From: Flavobacteriales bacterium
GTDB lineage: Bacteria > Bacteroidota > Bacteroidia > NS11-12g > UBA9320
DNA length: 64,000 nucleotides
Direction: 5' to 3'
NCBI GenBank assembly: GCA_020635395.1
Contig: JACJZV010000002.1
Coordinates: 29,914 to 93,913, forward strand
Shown here: one piece after another, positions 19,609-29,686 of the stretch
How positions within the stretch are numbered: the first letter of the stretch is position 1
Layout of the letters: each line of letters starts with the position of its first letter
Made by a program: the position numbers and the translations under genes
The notes under the pieces: generated by a model
Told to the model about the DNA's origin: nothing
The model's input: the letters and a program-made list of their open reading frames with translations, nothing else
The model's database searches: none

Positions 19609-20013
19609 TTATTCAAATTCAATCTCTTGAATTAGATAATTTTCTCCGTTCTTCTTAATGTAAACCGTCACACGGTAGGTTTTGTTGGTTTTAGTTTTAA
19701 AATCGCCCACTGCATATCGGCTGCCAGTGGCAGAGTTTCCTTGGTGTACAATTTTGAATGATGCCGGAGCATTTTTTTCAAAAAAACGTTTCAAAATCAT
19801 CTGAGCTTGTTGTTTGGAATACATGCCTTCGCTCTCGCCCGGCAATTCTAACTCCACACTGCTGCCCAAATATTGAGACAAAGTAGTGGCGTTTCCGCTG
19901 GCTATGGCCGATTCTATAACATTAAATACTTCTTGGTTGGGCATAGCCGAAGTCATTATAAACATCACCACCGTGAACAATATTGCCTTAATCGCTTTCA
20001 TTTTGTAGGTCAA
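19609..20013 (-). CDS. small secreted protein of unknown function
   Basis: Signal peptide. 134 aa. Confidence 0.35.
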   Translation of the reverse strand: MTYKMKAIKAILFTVVMFIMTSAMPNQEVFNVIESAIASGNATTLSQYLGSSVELELPGESEGMYSKQQAQMILKRFFEKNAPASFKIVHQGNSATGSRYAVGDFKTKTNKTYRVTVYIKKNGENYLIQEIEFE

Positions 20014-20105
20014 AATTAATTGTTATTTACCTTTCTTGTTTAAAGAGTATAACGTTTTCTTAAATCTGTATAACTTGCAGGCAGAAATCGTACCAAAAAC
20101 ACAAT

Positions 20106-20762
20106 ATGTTTATAGTTCAAAATCTGTCGGAGAGCAATTCTATTGTAAATCAAATACTTAAAGAGTTAAGAGATGTTTCTATTCAGCAAGATAGATACCG
20201 CTTTAGAAAAAACATTGAGCGTCTGGGTTTTATTGCGGCCTACGAAATTTCAAAAAAATTAGACTATCAAAACACCAAAACCAAAACCCCGTTGGCTTTG
20301 GCAAACACAAAAGAACTTATTAAGCAGCCCGTGGTAGCCACCATTCTTAGAGCCGGAATTCCACTACAAACAGGTGTAAATCAATTATTTAATCAGGCAG
20401 ATTTGGCCTACATTTCGGCCTATAGGCACCACACAGATGAGAAAAACTTTGAGATAAAAGTAGAATATTTGGCCTGTCCAGATATAGAAAACCGTACCCT
20501 CATATTAACCGACCCCATGCTTGCCACGGGTCAATCGCTTGTGTTGTGTTATGAACAATTTATAAAACACGGCACTCCAAAAGAAGTACATTTGGTATCG
20601 GTTATTGGTAGCACTCAGGGTGTTGAGTATGTTTCTAAACACATACCCAACAGCACGTTGTGGATAGGTTGCATTGATGATGATTTAAACGAACAAGGCT
20701 ATATTGTGCCTGGTTTGGGCGATGCCGGAGACCTTAGTTTTGGCGTAAAAATTCAAAAATAG
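20106..20762 (+). CDS. upp: uracil phosphoribosyltransferase
   Basis: ILRAGIPLQTG and the PRPP-binding DPMLATGQS motif. 218 aa. Confidence 0.85.
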   Translation: MFIVQNLSESNSIVNQILKELRDVSIQQDRYRFRKNIERLGFIAAYEISKKLDYQNTKTKTPLALANTKELIKQPVVATILRAGIPLQTGVNQLFNQADLAYISAYRHHTDEKNFEIKVEYLACPDIENRTLILTDPMLATGQSLVLCYEQFIKHGTPKEVHLVSVIGSTQGVEYVSKHIPNSTLWIGCIDDDLNEQGYIVPGLGDAGDLSFGVKIQK

Positions 20763-20764
20763 TT

Positions 20765-22123
20765 TTGGGTTTATTTTCTAAAATACTTTTTTCAATAACA
20801 CTTATTGTGGGCATTGGTGGCCGATTTTATGGCGGCTACGTCAATTATAAATCGAATGACGACCATGTGGAAGTTGTGCAACGCATTATTAACGGAGAAT
20901 CTATCAACCGCTACGATTGCTGGGAGTGTTTTCAACCCGGTTTGATGTATAATATACATGCTGGTATAGCAAAATTGTTTGGCCACAGCAATCGAGGTTG
21001 GATAAATGCTCAATTGCAGTGGCAAAATGTTTTCTTCTCTTTGCTCGGACTTTTTATTTTGTTTGTGTGGCTGAAAAACAAAAATATCTCGCCACACTTC
21101 TCGCTACTTATCATGTCCTTTTGGCTGGTCAATCCTGCATTTTTTGGCATCAGTTTTCAAGCTACCAATGATTTGCTCATTATCGTCATTGGCATGGCCA
21201 TCGTCTTTTTTGTTGAACAATATTATCATCAAAAAAAAATATTCTCGGCACTTTGTGCCTTATTGCTGGCCGTGCTTGCGGCCTATATTAAAGGGTTGGG
21301 CATTGCTCTTCTACTTTTAACCTTTGCTGTGGTTTTATTTTTAATTTTTCAATCAAGAATAAGAAGCCATTTTGGCCTTCTTGTTCCAATGATTCTGGGC
21401 GTTTACCTATTGAGCTTTCATTCAAAGTATCACGAACACTATCGGGTTTATGGCAATCCATTCGTTACCAATATAGAAAAACCAAATCCTCCACCGTTTC
21501 GAGAACCTGATTATAAAGACACCCACCGACCAGGCATAAACTCAATAGAAACGGGGTTTTTACGACTTCCACTAAAAAACTTTCTCGAAAAACCTTATAA
21601 CATTAATTCACCAAAGGATTATCCCATTCATCGTACCTCGTTTTGGTTGCAGATGTATGGTTCGTTTTACCACTCCATGTTTTCTATGCATCCTGGCACT
21701 TGGCAAAGCAAACAACCAGATATGCTCCATTTAGTAAGGGCAACCTTTGTGTTGGGCATTGTTCCGCTTTTACTATTTGTTTGGGGCTTGCTTCTATCAA
21801 TCAAAAAAGTGTTTAAGCAGTTTTTTACTACTACTGAAAATAGGTTTGCTTGGGGGGAAATTATTCATGCAGTATTTTGTCTTGGTATGTTAGTATTTAG
21901 CATTCAATATGCCATTACCTATCGAGATTATGGCTGCATCAAAGCCATTTTCTTACTTCCCGCATTGCTGTCGTTTACATGGTTTTTTATGGTCGGTTTG
22001 CAACAAATAACTCGTCCAAAATGGCAAAAAACTTTGTTTTATACGCTTTCAGCCATAGTCTTGTTGTGCTGCATTAACATTGTCTTTTTATTAAAAACAC
22101 TTTCAAAATTTTATTTTGCCTGA
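20765..22123 (+). CDS. polytopic membrane protein, possibly GT39/ArnT-like glycosyltransferase
   Basis: 10 or more TM helices. TTG start. Assignment is weak. Confidence 0.3.
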   Translation: MGLFSKILFSITLIVGIGGRFYGGYVNYKSNDDHVEVVQRIINGESINRYDCWECFQPGLMYNIHAGIAKLFGHSNRGWINAQLQWQNVFFSLLGLFILFVWLKNKNISPHFSLLIMSFWLVNPAFFGISFQATNDLLIIVIGMAIVFFVEQYYHQKKIFSALCALLLAVLAAYIKGLGIALLLLTFAVVLFLIFQSRIRSHFGLLVPMILGVYLLSFHSKYHEHYRVYGNPFVTNIEKPNPPPFREPDYKDTHRPGINSIETGFLRLPLKNFLEKPYNINSPKDYPIHRTSFWLQMYGSFYHSMFSMHPGTWQSKQPDMLHLVRATFVLGIVPLLLFVWGLLLSIKKVFKQFFTTTENRFAWGEIIHAVFCLGMLVFSIQYAITYRDYGCIKAIFLLPALLSFTWFFMVGLQQITRPKWQKTLFYTLSAIVLLCCINIVFLLKTLSKFYFA

Positions 22124-22821
22124 TGACGAATAAATACAAACATATTTTTTTCGACCTCGACCACACACTCTGGGATTTTGAAACCAATAGTCGAATAACG
22201 CTCGAAAAATTATTTGACGAACATCGTCTCAATAACTTTGGCGTTCCTGATTTTCAAACCTTTATTGAACACTATGAAAAAACAAATGAGCAACTTTGGG
22301 AACAGTATCGAAAAGGTGAGATTGACAAAACCACGATACGAAATGAACGATTTCCAACTGTTTTAAGAGAGTGGAACATTGACAGCAGACCATTGTGCAA
22401 TCTATTAAGCGAACAATATTTAGATCAAAGTCCCAAACAAGGAAACCTTATGCCTAACGCCTTGACCGCATTGAACTATCTATCGGAAAAATATACCATC
22501 CACCTCATTACCAATGGTTTTAAAGAAGTGCAACACACCAAATTACTGCACTCTGGACTTCACAACCGATTTGACACAATTACCACCTCCGAAGAAGTGG
22601 GATTTTTAAAACCAGACAAACGAGTATTTCATCATGCCCTACGATTGGCCAATGCCCACCAAAACAATAGCATTTATGTTGGCGACCATATTGAAACTGA
22701 TGTGCTCGGTGGCAAAAACGCCGGAATGGACACCGTATTTTTTAACCCCCAAAATGCCGCCCATCCAAAAATTGCCACATTTGAAATTCTTGATTTGGCA
22801 GAGTTGATGGAGGTTTTGTAG
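22123..22821 (+). CDS. HAD-superfamily hydrolase (YjjG-like nucleotidase family)
   Basis: Motif I FFDLDHTLWDF. Motif-IV GD..ETD at the C-terminus. Confidence 0.7.
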   Translation: MTNKYKHIFFDLDHTLWDFETNSRITLEKLFDEHRLNNFGVPDFQTFIEHYEKTNEQLWEQYRKGEIDKTTIRNERFPTVLREWNIDSRPLCNLLSEQYLDQSPKQGNLMPNALTALNYLSEKYTIHLITNGFKEVQHTKLLHSGLHNRFDTITTSEEVGFLKPDKRVFHHALRLANAHQNNSIYVGDHIETDVLGGKNAGMDTVFFNPQNAAHPKIATFEILDLAELMEVL

Positions 22822-22857
22822 GGTGGTACTTTTTATTTTTGTGCTGCAAGGATATAT

Positions 22858-23460
22858 TTGTTAAAAATGCTAATTGTTAAGAAAATGACATTATTTGATA
22901 GATTTAGAATTAAAAAACAAATAGGAAGTAACAAAAAGACACGATCTATTTTTTACCATGAAGACGATTTCAGACAAGTTGAAGTGATTCCAATCGAAAA
23001 TCTATCACTTCTTGAAGCTGAATCTATTGAAGATAACAACCTGATCAATAAGGAATTAAACCGTTCGTACGGGAATGCATCTTATGTATTAAACAAAATA
23101 GGATTGAATCATAGGAAAATAAAACCTAATGACATTGAAAATATGCTTAGTGTACTTGAATTGGAAAAAATTTCTAAAGTTTATACAGGTTATGGACAGA
23201 CCTACCGTGTAATGCGTGAGAATTGTGTTGCATTCGGCAAAGGTTATAGTGCCGTATTTTATGATTTTACGGACAATGTAGTTGAACACATTTGGTTCAC
23301 AAATCACTGGAGTATTAACAAAGAATTACTCACTAAAACACTTTATAAAATAGGCACAAAATGGGATTTATTGCTTCAAGATTGGCAATTAACAATTACT
23401 GTTGATCTACGAGACAAAAACGCTTTGGAGAAGTACTTGAAAACTTATGATGAATCATAA
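22858..23460 (+). CDS. hypothetical cytoplasmic protein (AT-rich orphan)
   Basis: No motif. Lower apparent GC than the flanking genes. Confidence 0.3.
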   Translation: MLKMLIVKKMTLFDRFRIKKQIGSNKKTRSIFYHEDDFRQVEVIPIENLSLLEAESIEDNNLINKELNRSYGNASYVLNKIGLNHRKIKPNDIENMLSVLELEKISKVYTGYGQTYRVMRENCVAFGKGYSAVFYDFTDNVVEHIWFTNHWSINKELLTKTLYKIGTKWDLLLQDWQLTITVDLRDKNALEKYLKTYDES

Positions 23461-23549
23461 ATTCAGCAAATCACTATCGGTAGAATTCCCATCAAAAAAA
23501 AAGCCGAGAACATTCATTCCCGGCTGTATAAAAGGGTGTTTTTAAAAAA

Positions 23550-25457
23550 TTACTTTACCTCTTCGAAGTCAACGTCTTCAACGTTTTCGGTTGAGCCATC
23601 GTTGGTGGCATTTTCCGCTCCACCGTTTGCGGCATCGCCGCCGGTTTGTTGCTGTGCGTTATACAAATCTTGTGAAGCTGCCTCCCAGGCTTTATTTAAT
23701 GTTTCCATCAATCCGTCCAAGCTGTCACCGTCTTTTGCTTCCACGGCCTTTTTCAATGCGTCTTTTGCATCTTCAATAGCCTTGCGTTTGTCTTCCGGAA
23801 TTTTATCTCCGTATTCTTTGATTTGCTTTTCGGTGGTAAACACTAACGTATCGGCCTGATTGATTTTCTCAATCGATTCTTTCGCCTTTTTATCAGCTTC
23901 GGCATTGGCTTCCGCCTCTTTTTTCATTCTTTCGATTTCGGCATCGCTCAAACCGCTTGAGGCCTCAATTCGTATTTTTTGTTCTTTGCCTGTTCCTTGG
24001 TCTTTTGCACTTACGTTTAAAATACCGTTGGCATCAATGTCAAAAGTAACCTCAATTTTAGGCACTCCTCTTGGAGCCGGAGGCAAATCGCTCAAATGAA
24101 AACGACCAATGGTTTTATTGTCTTTAGCCATAGATCGCTCGCCTTGCAACACATGTATTTCTACCGAAGGTTGATTGTCGGAAGCGGTAGAAAACACTTC
24201 CGATTTTTTTGTAGGAATGGTCGTGTTGGACTCAATTAGGCGAGTAAAAACGCCTCCCATAGTCTCAATACCTAATGAAAGTGGTGTTACATCTAATAAC
24301 AATACATCTTTTACCTCACCTGTCAAAACTCCGCCTTGAATGGCTGCTCCAATGGCCACCACCTCATCCGGATTAACTCCTTTTGAAGGTTTTTTGCCAA
24401 AGAATTTTTCTACTTCATCTTGTATGCGAGGAATACGCGTTGAACCTCCTACCAAAATCACTTCATCAATGTCGCTGTTGCTCAATCCGGCATCTTTCAT
24501 AGCTTGTCGGCAGGGCTCCAAACTTCTTTTTATCAAATCATCGGCAAGTTGTTCAAACTTTGCTCTCGACAATTTGCGAACCAAGTGTTTTGGCACACCA
24601 TCCACCGGCATAATGTATGGGAGATTAATCTCTGTTTCGGTGCTGCTCGAAAGTTCAATTTTTGCTTTTTCGGCAGCTTCTTTCAACCGTTGCAATGCCA
24701 TTGGGTCTTTTCTAAGGTCGATATTTTCATCGCTCAAAAACTCTGCTGCCAACCAGTCGATAATAACTTGGTCGAAATCATCTCCACCCAAATGAGTATC
24801 GCCGTTGGTTGATTTTACTTCAAACACGCCATCGCCAAGTTCAAGAATAGAAATATCGAATGTGCCACCGCCCAAGTCAAAAACGGCAATGGTCATGTCT
24901 TTATCTCTTTTATCAAGCCCGTAGGCCAATGCAGCCGCTGTAGGCTCGTTTACGATTCTTTCAACTTTCAATCCAGCAATTTCGCCAGCTTCTTTTGTAG
25001 CTTGTCGTTGTGCATCGTTAAAATATGCCGGAACGGTAATAACCGCACGACTAACCTCTGTACCCAAATAATCCTCCGCCGTTTTTTTCATTTTTTGTAA
25101 AACGATGGCCGAAATTTCTTGAGGTGTGTATTTCCTATCTCCAATTTCTACTCGAGGAGTGTCATTGTCGCCTTTCACCACTTTATAAGAAACATGCGAT
25201 GCTTCGGTAGTTACTTCGCTGTATCGCATACCCATAAACCGTTTGATAGACATAACGGTGTTTTGCGGATTAGTGATGGCTTGTCTTTTTGCGGGGTCTC
25301 CCACTTTGCGTTCGCCATTGCCATTATCCAAAAAACCAACGATAGAAGGAGTTGTTCTGCGTCCTTCGCTGTTTGGAATAACAACCGGCTCGTTGCCTTC
25401 CATAACGGCAACACATGAATTTGTTGTTCCTAAATCTATACCAATTACTTTGCTCAT
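23550..25457 (-). CDS. dnaK: molecular chaperone DnaK (Hsp70)
   Basis: [33 protein letters not shown] and the C-terminal EEVK tail. Confidence 0.95.
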   Translation of the reverse strand: MSKVIGIDLGTTNSCVAVMEGNEPVVIPNSEGRRTTPSIVGFLDNGNGERKVGDPAKRQAITNPQNTVMSIKRFMGMRYSEVTTEASHVSYKVVKGDNDTPRVEIGDRKYTPQEISAIVLQKMKKTAEDYLGTEVSRAVITVPAYFNDAQRQATKEAGEIAGLKVERIVNEPTAAALAYGLDKRDKDMTIAVFDLGGGTFDISILELGDGVFEVKSTNGDTHLGGDDFDQVIIDWLAAEFLSDENIDLRKDPMALQRLKEAAEKAKIELSSSTETEINLPYIMPVDGVPKHLVRKLSRAKFEQLADDLIKRSLEPCRQAMKDAGLSNSDIDEVILVGGSTRIPRIQDEVEKFFGKKPSKGVNPDEVVAIGAAIQGGVLTGEVKDVLLLDVTPLSLGIETMGGVFTRLIESNTTIPTKKSEVFSTASDNQPSVEIHVLQGERSMAKDNKTIGRFHLSDLPPAPRGVPKIEVTFDIDANGILNVSAKDQGTGKEQKIRIEASSGLSDAEIERMKKEAEANAEADKKAKESIEKINQADTLVFTTEKQIKEYGDKIPEDKRKAIEDAKDALKKAVEAKDGDSLDGLMETLNKAWEAASQDLYNAQQQTGGDAANGGAENATNDGSTENVEDVDFEEVK

Positions 25458-25582
25458 AATATAGCCTCTTTTTTTTAATTGGGGCTAAGGCAATTGAAGT
25501 GCCAAGCATTATTTTTTTTTTGAAATGACCAAAATTGACCGATTTAGAAGTTCAAATTTGGCAAAAAGGTGACAAATAGTCA

Positions 25583-26629
25583 CTAAGGGGTGACAAAGTT
25601 AAGCTTTTCGGTACGCGGAGAGTTGGCCAAAGAAGAATGTGTTGCCCCAGTCAGTTCGATATGGTCGTATGCTTTTATGTGAACTGAAGAGAAAACACCC
25701 AATCCATTGGAAATATTGGTAAACTCCGGTTTCTTCTGCACAATACCTATGCTGGGTTTATTTACTTGAACATACGTATAAATGTCTTCGCCGGAGGCAT
25801 AAAAATACATTCCCACATCTATTGCCTGACGCTCGTAGCCTGGTTTTTCGGGCAAAACCGTTGCCAAGAAATCGTAAAACACATAGCTCTTTTGCGGGTA
25901 GATTTGCTGTTCGTATCCACGAAGTCGAATGGTTTCTTTTCCTTTAAAAATAGTCCAACTCACGCTGTCCACCACAGCTTTATTGGGTTCACCAGCGGGG
26001 TATTCTTTATACCTAAATCGAAGTTCGCAATCATACATTTTAGCTTGCGATGCCTCCCGATAGTTGATAAACAAAAAGCGAGAAGTATCATCTTCAATGC
26101 TCAGTTTTGTGGTTCTATCGCTAACCGGAGAGAAAACTTCAGTAAGTCCAACTGTATTTGCCTTTGACTCGTAGGTTTTACCGCTTTTATTATTGGTAAT
26201 GACAAGTTTATAGTTGTATAATGCCGCAAAACTGGATGCTTTTATCGGAAAATTGGTTCGGTAAAGTACATTGGGCGAGTTGGCAAAAAGACCGGAATCT
26301 TTTGGAAGGCCAATTGTATCACCAATCACCTTTTCGAGGGTTATAACATTCGTTTCCGCTCCATCTTTAAACTCCACCATTTTTACCGTTAAATCTTCAA
26401 ACTGGAGGCTATCAGAAACACCGGCATAGCTCAAAGCATTGCCTTGTTCGTTGAGGTAAACCTTATTAATTCGTATGTAATTGTATGTTGCTGATGGATT
26501 AAGCAGCCCATACACCACCGGAATTTCTTTCCAATCGGCCGTTACATCCAATGTATTGTTGCATCCACCGAAAAAAGCCGCCAACAATAAGGCTACCCAA
26601 CCAATCCTATTATTTATTTGTATGTGCAT
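25583..26629 (-). CDS. hypothetical lipoprotein (DUF4249-like)
   Basis: Signal and lipobox ...AAFFGGCNN. Beta-rich. The family call is tentative. Confidence 0.35.
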   Translation of the reverse strand: MHIQINNRIGWVALLLAAFFGGCNNTLDVTADWKEIPVVYGLLNPSATYNYIRINKVYLNEQGNALSYAGVSDSLQFEDLTVKMVEFKDGAETNVITLEKVIGDTIGLPKDSGLFANSPNVLYRTNFPIKASSFAALYNYKLVITNNKSGKTYESKANTVGLTEVFSPVSDRTTKLSIEDDTSRFLFINYREASQAKMYDCELRFRYKEYPAGEPNKAVVDSVSWTIFKGKETIRLRGYEQQIYPQKSYVFYDFLATVLPEKPGYERQAIDVGMYFYASGEDIYTYVQVNKPSIGIVQKKPEFTNISNGLGVFSSVHIKAYDHIELTGATHSSLANSPRTEKLNFVTP

Positions 26630-26672
26630 TAAATCAATTACTTTAGCTTTGCACCCAAAGCATTCGACAAAA

Positions 26673-27752
26673 ATGAAATATTTAAAACTGATATTGCTGT
26701 TATTGTTGTCAAATTTTACGAACGGTCAAAACAAAGAACGCGTTTTAGCCGATTTCTCTACGGTAGTAGTGTTTGACAACTTTTCTACCGGTGCCAACCG
26801 ATGGGAACAAAAAAATACCGAAAGCGAACAATTCATTATTTCCGAAAATAAATACAGCATTTCTCGACTTAAACCGGATTACTTTTCGGTGGCTTTGGCC
26901 AAAGATATTGGAGAATATTCTGACTTTGAATTGGTAACAAAAATTGAGGCCGAAAAGGTAAAATCAAACAAAAACGCTGGGGGTGGCGTAATTATTAAAG
27001 CTCAAAAAGATGGCAGCGGTGCGTTGATTATTGAAATAAACGCAAAAAAACAGTATCGAATCAAATTGCTAAAAAACGGTGTCTTCACTCCCCTATTTCA
27101 TACAAAAAATGGTGGCTGGGAAAAATCTAAACACCTAAAAAAAGGTGAAAATGAGTTGAAAATAAGAACAAAAGGCAATGAGTTTGATATTTATTTTAAC
27201 GGGAAATTTGAACGCTCATTTATCGAAACATCTTTTGCAAAAGGTAGGCAAGGATTTTATGTAAACGGAAACAGTCGTATTAAAGCAGGATTGTTTTTGC
27301 TGAAGGCCAACGAAATTTCAGAATTAAAACAAAATCCGATAGACTCAAAAACAACTGGAAATGACCAAACTTATACTGAATTGGTTAAGGTTTTTAAAGA
27401 CAAAATTGACAAACAAAACCAAGAAATAGAACGTCTGACCGAAGAATTAAATATTTGCAAAACCAACTTGACTATAGACACAACCTCGGCCAGCAAAGTG
27501 AAGGAACTAAACAAAGACAATGTTGAGTTGAAAAGCAAAGTGGCTCAACTGGAAACCGAATTGCAACAAGCCCAAAAGCGTTTGACCTATTTGGAATCAA
27601 TGAAAGAAGATATTGAAAAGCAAACAGATGGCGATTTGGTGCTGAGTTTGACCGAATTACTTTCGAAGGAAAAAGAAAAAAATAAAGCACTCAAGGCCGA
27701 AAATGATGCTCTAAAAAAAGAGGTTGGCGAACTGCGTCGACGCGGAAATTAA
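26673..27752 (+). CDS. secreted protein with C-terminal coiled-coil
   Basis: Signal peptide MKYLKLILLLLLSNFTNGQ. C-terminal 120 aa is heptad-rich with charged residues (ELKSKVAQLETELQQAQKRLTYLE...). Confidence 0.4.
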   Translation: MKYLKLILLLLLSNFTNGQNKERVLADFSTVVVFDNFSTGANRWEQKNTESEQFIISENKYSISRLKPDYFSVALAKDIGEYSDFELVTKIEAEKVKSNKNAGGGVIIKAQKDGSGALIIEINAKKQYRIKLLKNGVFTPLFHTKNGGWEKSKHLKKGENELKIRTKGNEFDIYFNGKFERSFIETSFAKGRQGFYVNGNSRIKAGLFLLKANEISELKQNPIDSKTTGNDQTYTELVKVFKDKIDKQNQEIERLTEELNICKTNLTIDTTSASKVKELNKDNVELKSKVAQLETELQQAQKRLTYLESMKEDIEKQTDGDLVLSLTELLSKEKEKNKALKAENDALKKEVGELRRRGN

Positions 27753-27762
27753 CAATACATAA

Positions 27763-28575
27763 ATGTCAAAATCGGAATACAAAAAAGTTACTACCCTCGC
27801 TTTGCTCGACATGAAAATGCAAGGCGAAAAAATAAGTATGCTGACAGCCTACGACTACTCATTTGCCAAAATTATTGATGATGCAGGCATTGACGTTATT
27901 TTGGTAGGCGACTCAGCCAGCAACGTGATGGCTGGCCATATATCTACCTTGCCCATCACTTTGGATCAAATGATATACCATGCTCAATCGGTTATTCGGG
28001 CGGTGGACCGAGCGTTGGTAGTTGTCGATTTGCCGTTTGGTTCTTATCAAGGCGATAGCAAAGAGGCTCTAAAAAGTGCCATTAGAATAATGAAAGAGGC
28101 AGGTGCCCATGCCATAAAATTAGAGGGTGGAGTGGAAGTTATCGAATCTGTAAAACGGATTTTGTCTGCCGGAATTCCCGTAATGGGTCATTTGGGATTA
28201 ACCCCTCAAAGCATCTTTAAATTTGGCACATACTCCGTGCGAGCCAAAGAAGAAGCAGAGGCAAAAAAATTAATGGAAGATGCCCTATTGCTGGAAGATG
28301 CGGGTTGTTTTGGGATTGTGTTAGAAAAAATTCCGGCCAAGTTGGCAACAGAGGTTACCAAAAATATCAACATTCCAATAATTGGTATTGGTGCAGGTGG
28401 CGGAGTTGATGGACAGGTGTTGGTTTTGCATGACTTATTGGGAATAACGCACGAATTTCATCCTCGCTTTTTGAGAAGATATTTAGAACTGTATGACACG
28501 GTAAAAGATGCCGTTGGCCACTACATTTCGGATGTTAAAAGCAAAGATTTCCCGAACGAAGAAGAGCAGTATTGA
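27763..28575 (+). CDS. panB: 3-methyl-2-oxobutanoate hydroxymethyltransferase
   Basis: [37 protein letters not shown] is a canonical PanB N-terminus. Confidence 0.9.
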   Translation: MSKSEYKKVTTLALLDMKMQGEKISMLTAYDYSFAKIIDDAGIDVILVGDSASNVMAGHISTLPITLDQMIYHAQSVIRAVDRALVVVDLPFGSYQGDSKEALKSAIRIMKEAGAHAIKLEGGVEVIESVKRILSAGIPVMGHLGLTPQSIFKFGTYSVRAKEEAEAKKLMEDALLLEDAGCFGIVLEKIPAKLATEVTKNINIPIIGIGAGGGVDGQVLVLHDLLGITHEFHPRFLRRYLELYDTVKDAVGHYISDVKSKDFPNEEEQY

Positions 28576-28710
28576 CGCTTACCCATTGCGGCTGAGAAAA
28601 ATCTCTTTCCATTTCAAACCGCTATTTTTTTCAGATTTGAATATCTGACGATTAAATGTCGGACTCCTATTAAGAATGATATTCTCAACGGTTTTGGACT
28701 TTGCGTTCGG

Positions 28711-28736
28711 GTCATCCCGATAGCTATTGGGATCGG
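28711..28736. repeat. imperfect palindromic element GTCATCCCGATAGCTATTGGGATCGG (copy 1)
   Basis: Core ATCCCGATAG/CTATTGGGAT is self-complementary with one G-T (wobble) position. Confidence 0.7.
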
Positions 28737-28781
28737 AACACAAAGTTACAATATATTATTAAAGTTTAATAGAAGCACAAA

Positions 28782-28811
28782 ACGTCATCCCGATAGCTAT
28801 CGGGATGACGT
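28782..28811. repeat. perfect 30-bp palindrome ACGTCATCCCGATAGCTATCGGGATGACGT (copy 2), possible bidirectional terminator hairpin
   Basis: Perfect inverted repeat (13-bp stem around AGCT). Lies between convergent panB (+) and 28846..29295 (-). Followed by a T-rich stretch. Confidence 0.7.
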
Positions 28812-28845
28812 AATTTATTGCTTTTATGTTTTGTATTCTCATGTT

Positions 28846-29295
28846 CTACCCCATGTTAATTGCCGCGTAGAAATTATTTGCCTTGGAGAGCTTATATATA
28901 CCAATAAGCAACATCGAAATAAAAAGAAGATGCCAAAAAATAAAATATACAACACCCCAAAATTTCGAATGAATTGATTTATAAGTAACAACCTTTCTTA
29001 AATTTTGATAGTTTTTCTTTGGGGGTTTGCCATAACCCAATGATATGAATAAAGGAAGCAAAAGAAATAAAACACCCTTCACAATTGGTGCTAAAGAGAC
29101 ATCATGATGGTCGTAATAATTTTTTAAGTCTTGTGGTCTTAAAGCAAGCATAATAAAGAACATAAAGACTATTACACCACACATGGATTTATAATTGGAA
29201 AGTACCTCCAACCTCTTCTGTGACCTTTTTTTGTTTAAAAAAGCCCTTAACAAGCTGTAGTGAAGAATAGGTATTAATTTTATATTCTTAAACAT
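28846..29295 (-). CDS. hypothetical 3-4 TM membrane protein (cassette gene 3)
   Basis: Hydrophobic helices. No motif. AT-rich. Confidence 0.35.
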   Translation of the reverse strand: MFKNIKLIPILHYSLLRAFLNKKRSQKRLEVLSNYKSMCGVIVFMFFIMLALRPQDLKNYYDHHDVSLAPIVKGVLFLLLPLFISLGYGKPPKKNYQNLRKVVTYKSIHSKFWGVVYFIFWHLLFISMLLIGIYKLSKANNFYAAINMG

Positions 29296-29301
29296 ATTTA
29301 T

Positions 29302-29547
29302 CTATCTTATAGGATATTGTAGTAGGTTGACCCGAGGCACATACTCTGTGTTATCTCTTTGCCTAGTCATAATTCGATCAATTACCTCCTGATCTTCAGC
29401 ACTAGGTGACTTATACTCAATATCATTTGTTGCCATATAAATATCTCCCGCTATCTCTGCGATTGTCACAACCGTAAGTACTGTCAAACCAACCGGATTA
29501 CTCACAACTACCAAATAGGTACCAACAACATATCCCGCGGTTTTCAT
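29302..29547 (-). CDS. small (81 aa) single-TM protein (cassette gene 2), start at the internal ATG
   Basis: MKTAGYVVGTYLVVVSNPVGLTVLTVVTIAEIAG. The ORF-track N-terminal extension to 29658 is GC-rich and coincides with a hairpin, so the shorter form is preferred. Confidence 0.3.
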   Translation of the reverse strand: MKTAGYVVGTYLVVVSNPVGLTVLTVVTIAEIAGDIYMATNDIEYKSPSAEDQEVIDRIMTRQRDNTEYVPRVNLLQYPIR

Positions 29548-29580
29548 TACCTCCCATGTTCCCTTTTCCACTTTCCTTGG

Positions 29581-29630
29581 CTGGTGTGAGCTTCCTGCAC
29601 ATGTCCGCCCACGGAGGAAGCTCGCACCAG
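29581..29630. other. GC-rich 16-bp-stem hairpin in the intergenic region of the AT-rich cassette
   Basis: CTGGTG-T-GAGCTTCCT [18-nt loop] AGGAAGCTC-G-CACCAG, including one G-U wobble. No flanking U-run on either strand. Confidence 0.55.
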
Positions 29631-29686
29631 AGTGGGATTTAACCAATGAAGCCGCCATTTTGCCAAACTGCTGTTGGGTGCAGTTT

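Noticed and set aside
25458-25582. CIRCE/HrcA operator or other heat-shock element upstream of dnaK
   Set aside because: No TTAGCACTC-N9-GAGTGCTAA-like inverted repeat. Only a short GTGAC-N5-GTCAC palindrome and poly-T runs. Insufficient to call.
29548-29658. 37-codon N-terminal extension of the small TM protein ORF (start at 29658)
   Set aside because: The extension is GC-rich and coincides exactly with a strong hairpin. Low-complexity Ser/Gly/Arg translation. The internal ATG at 29547 gives a sensible small membrane protein.
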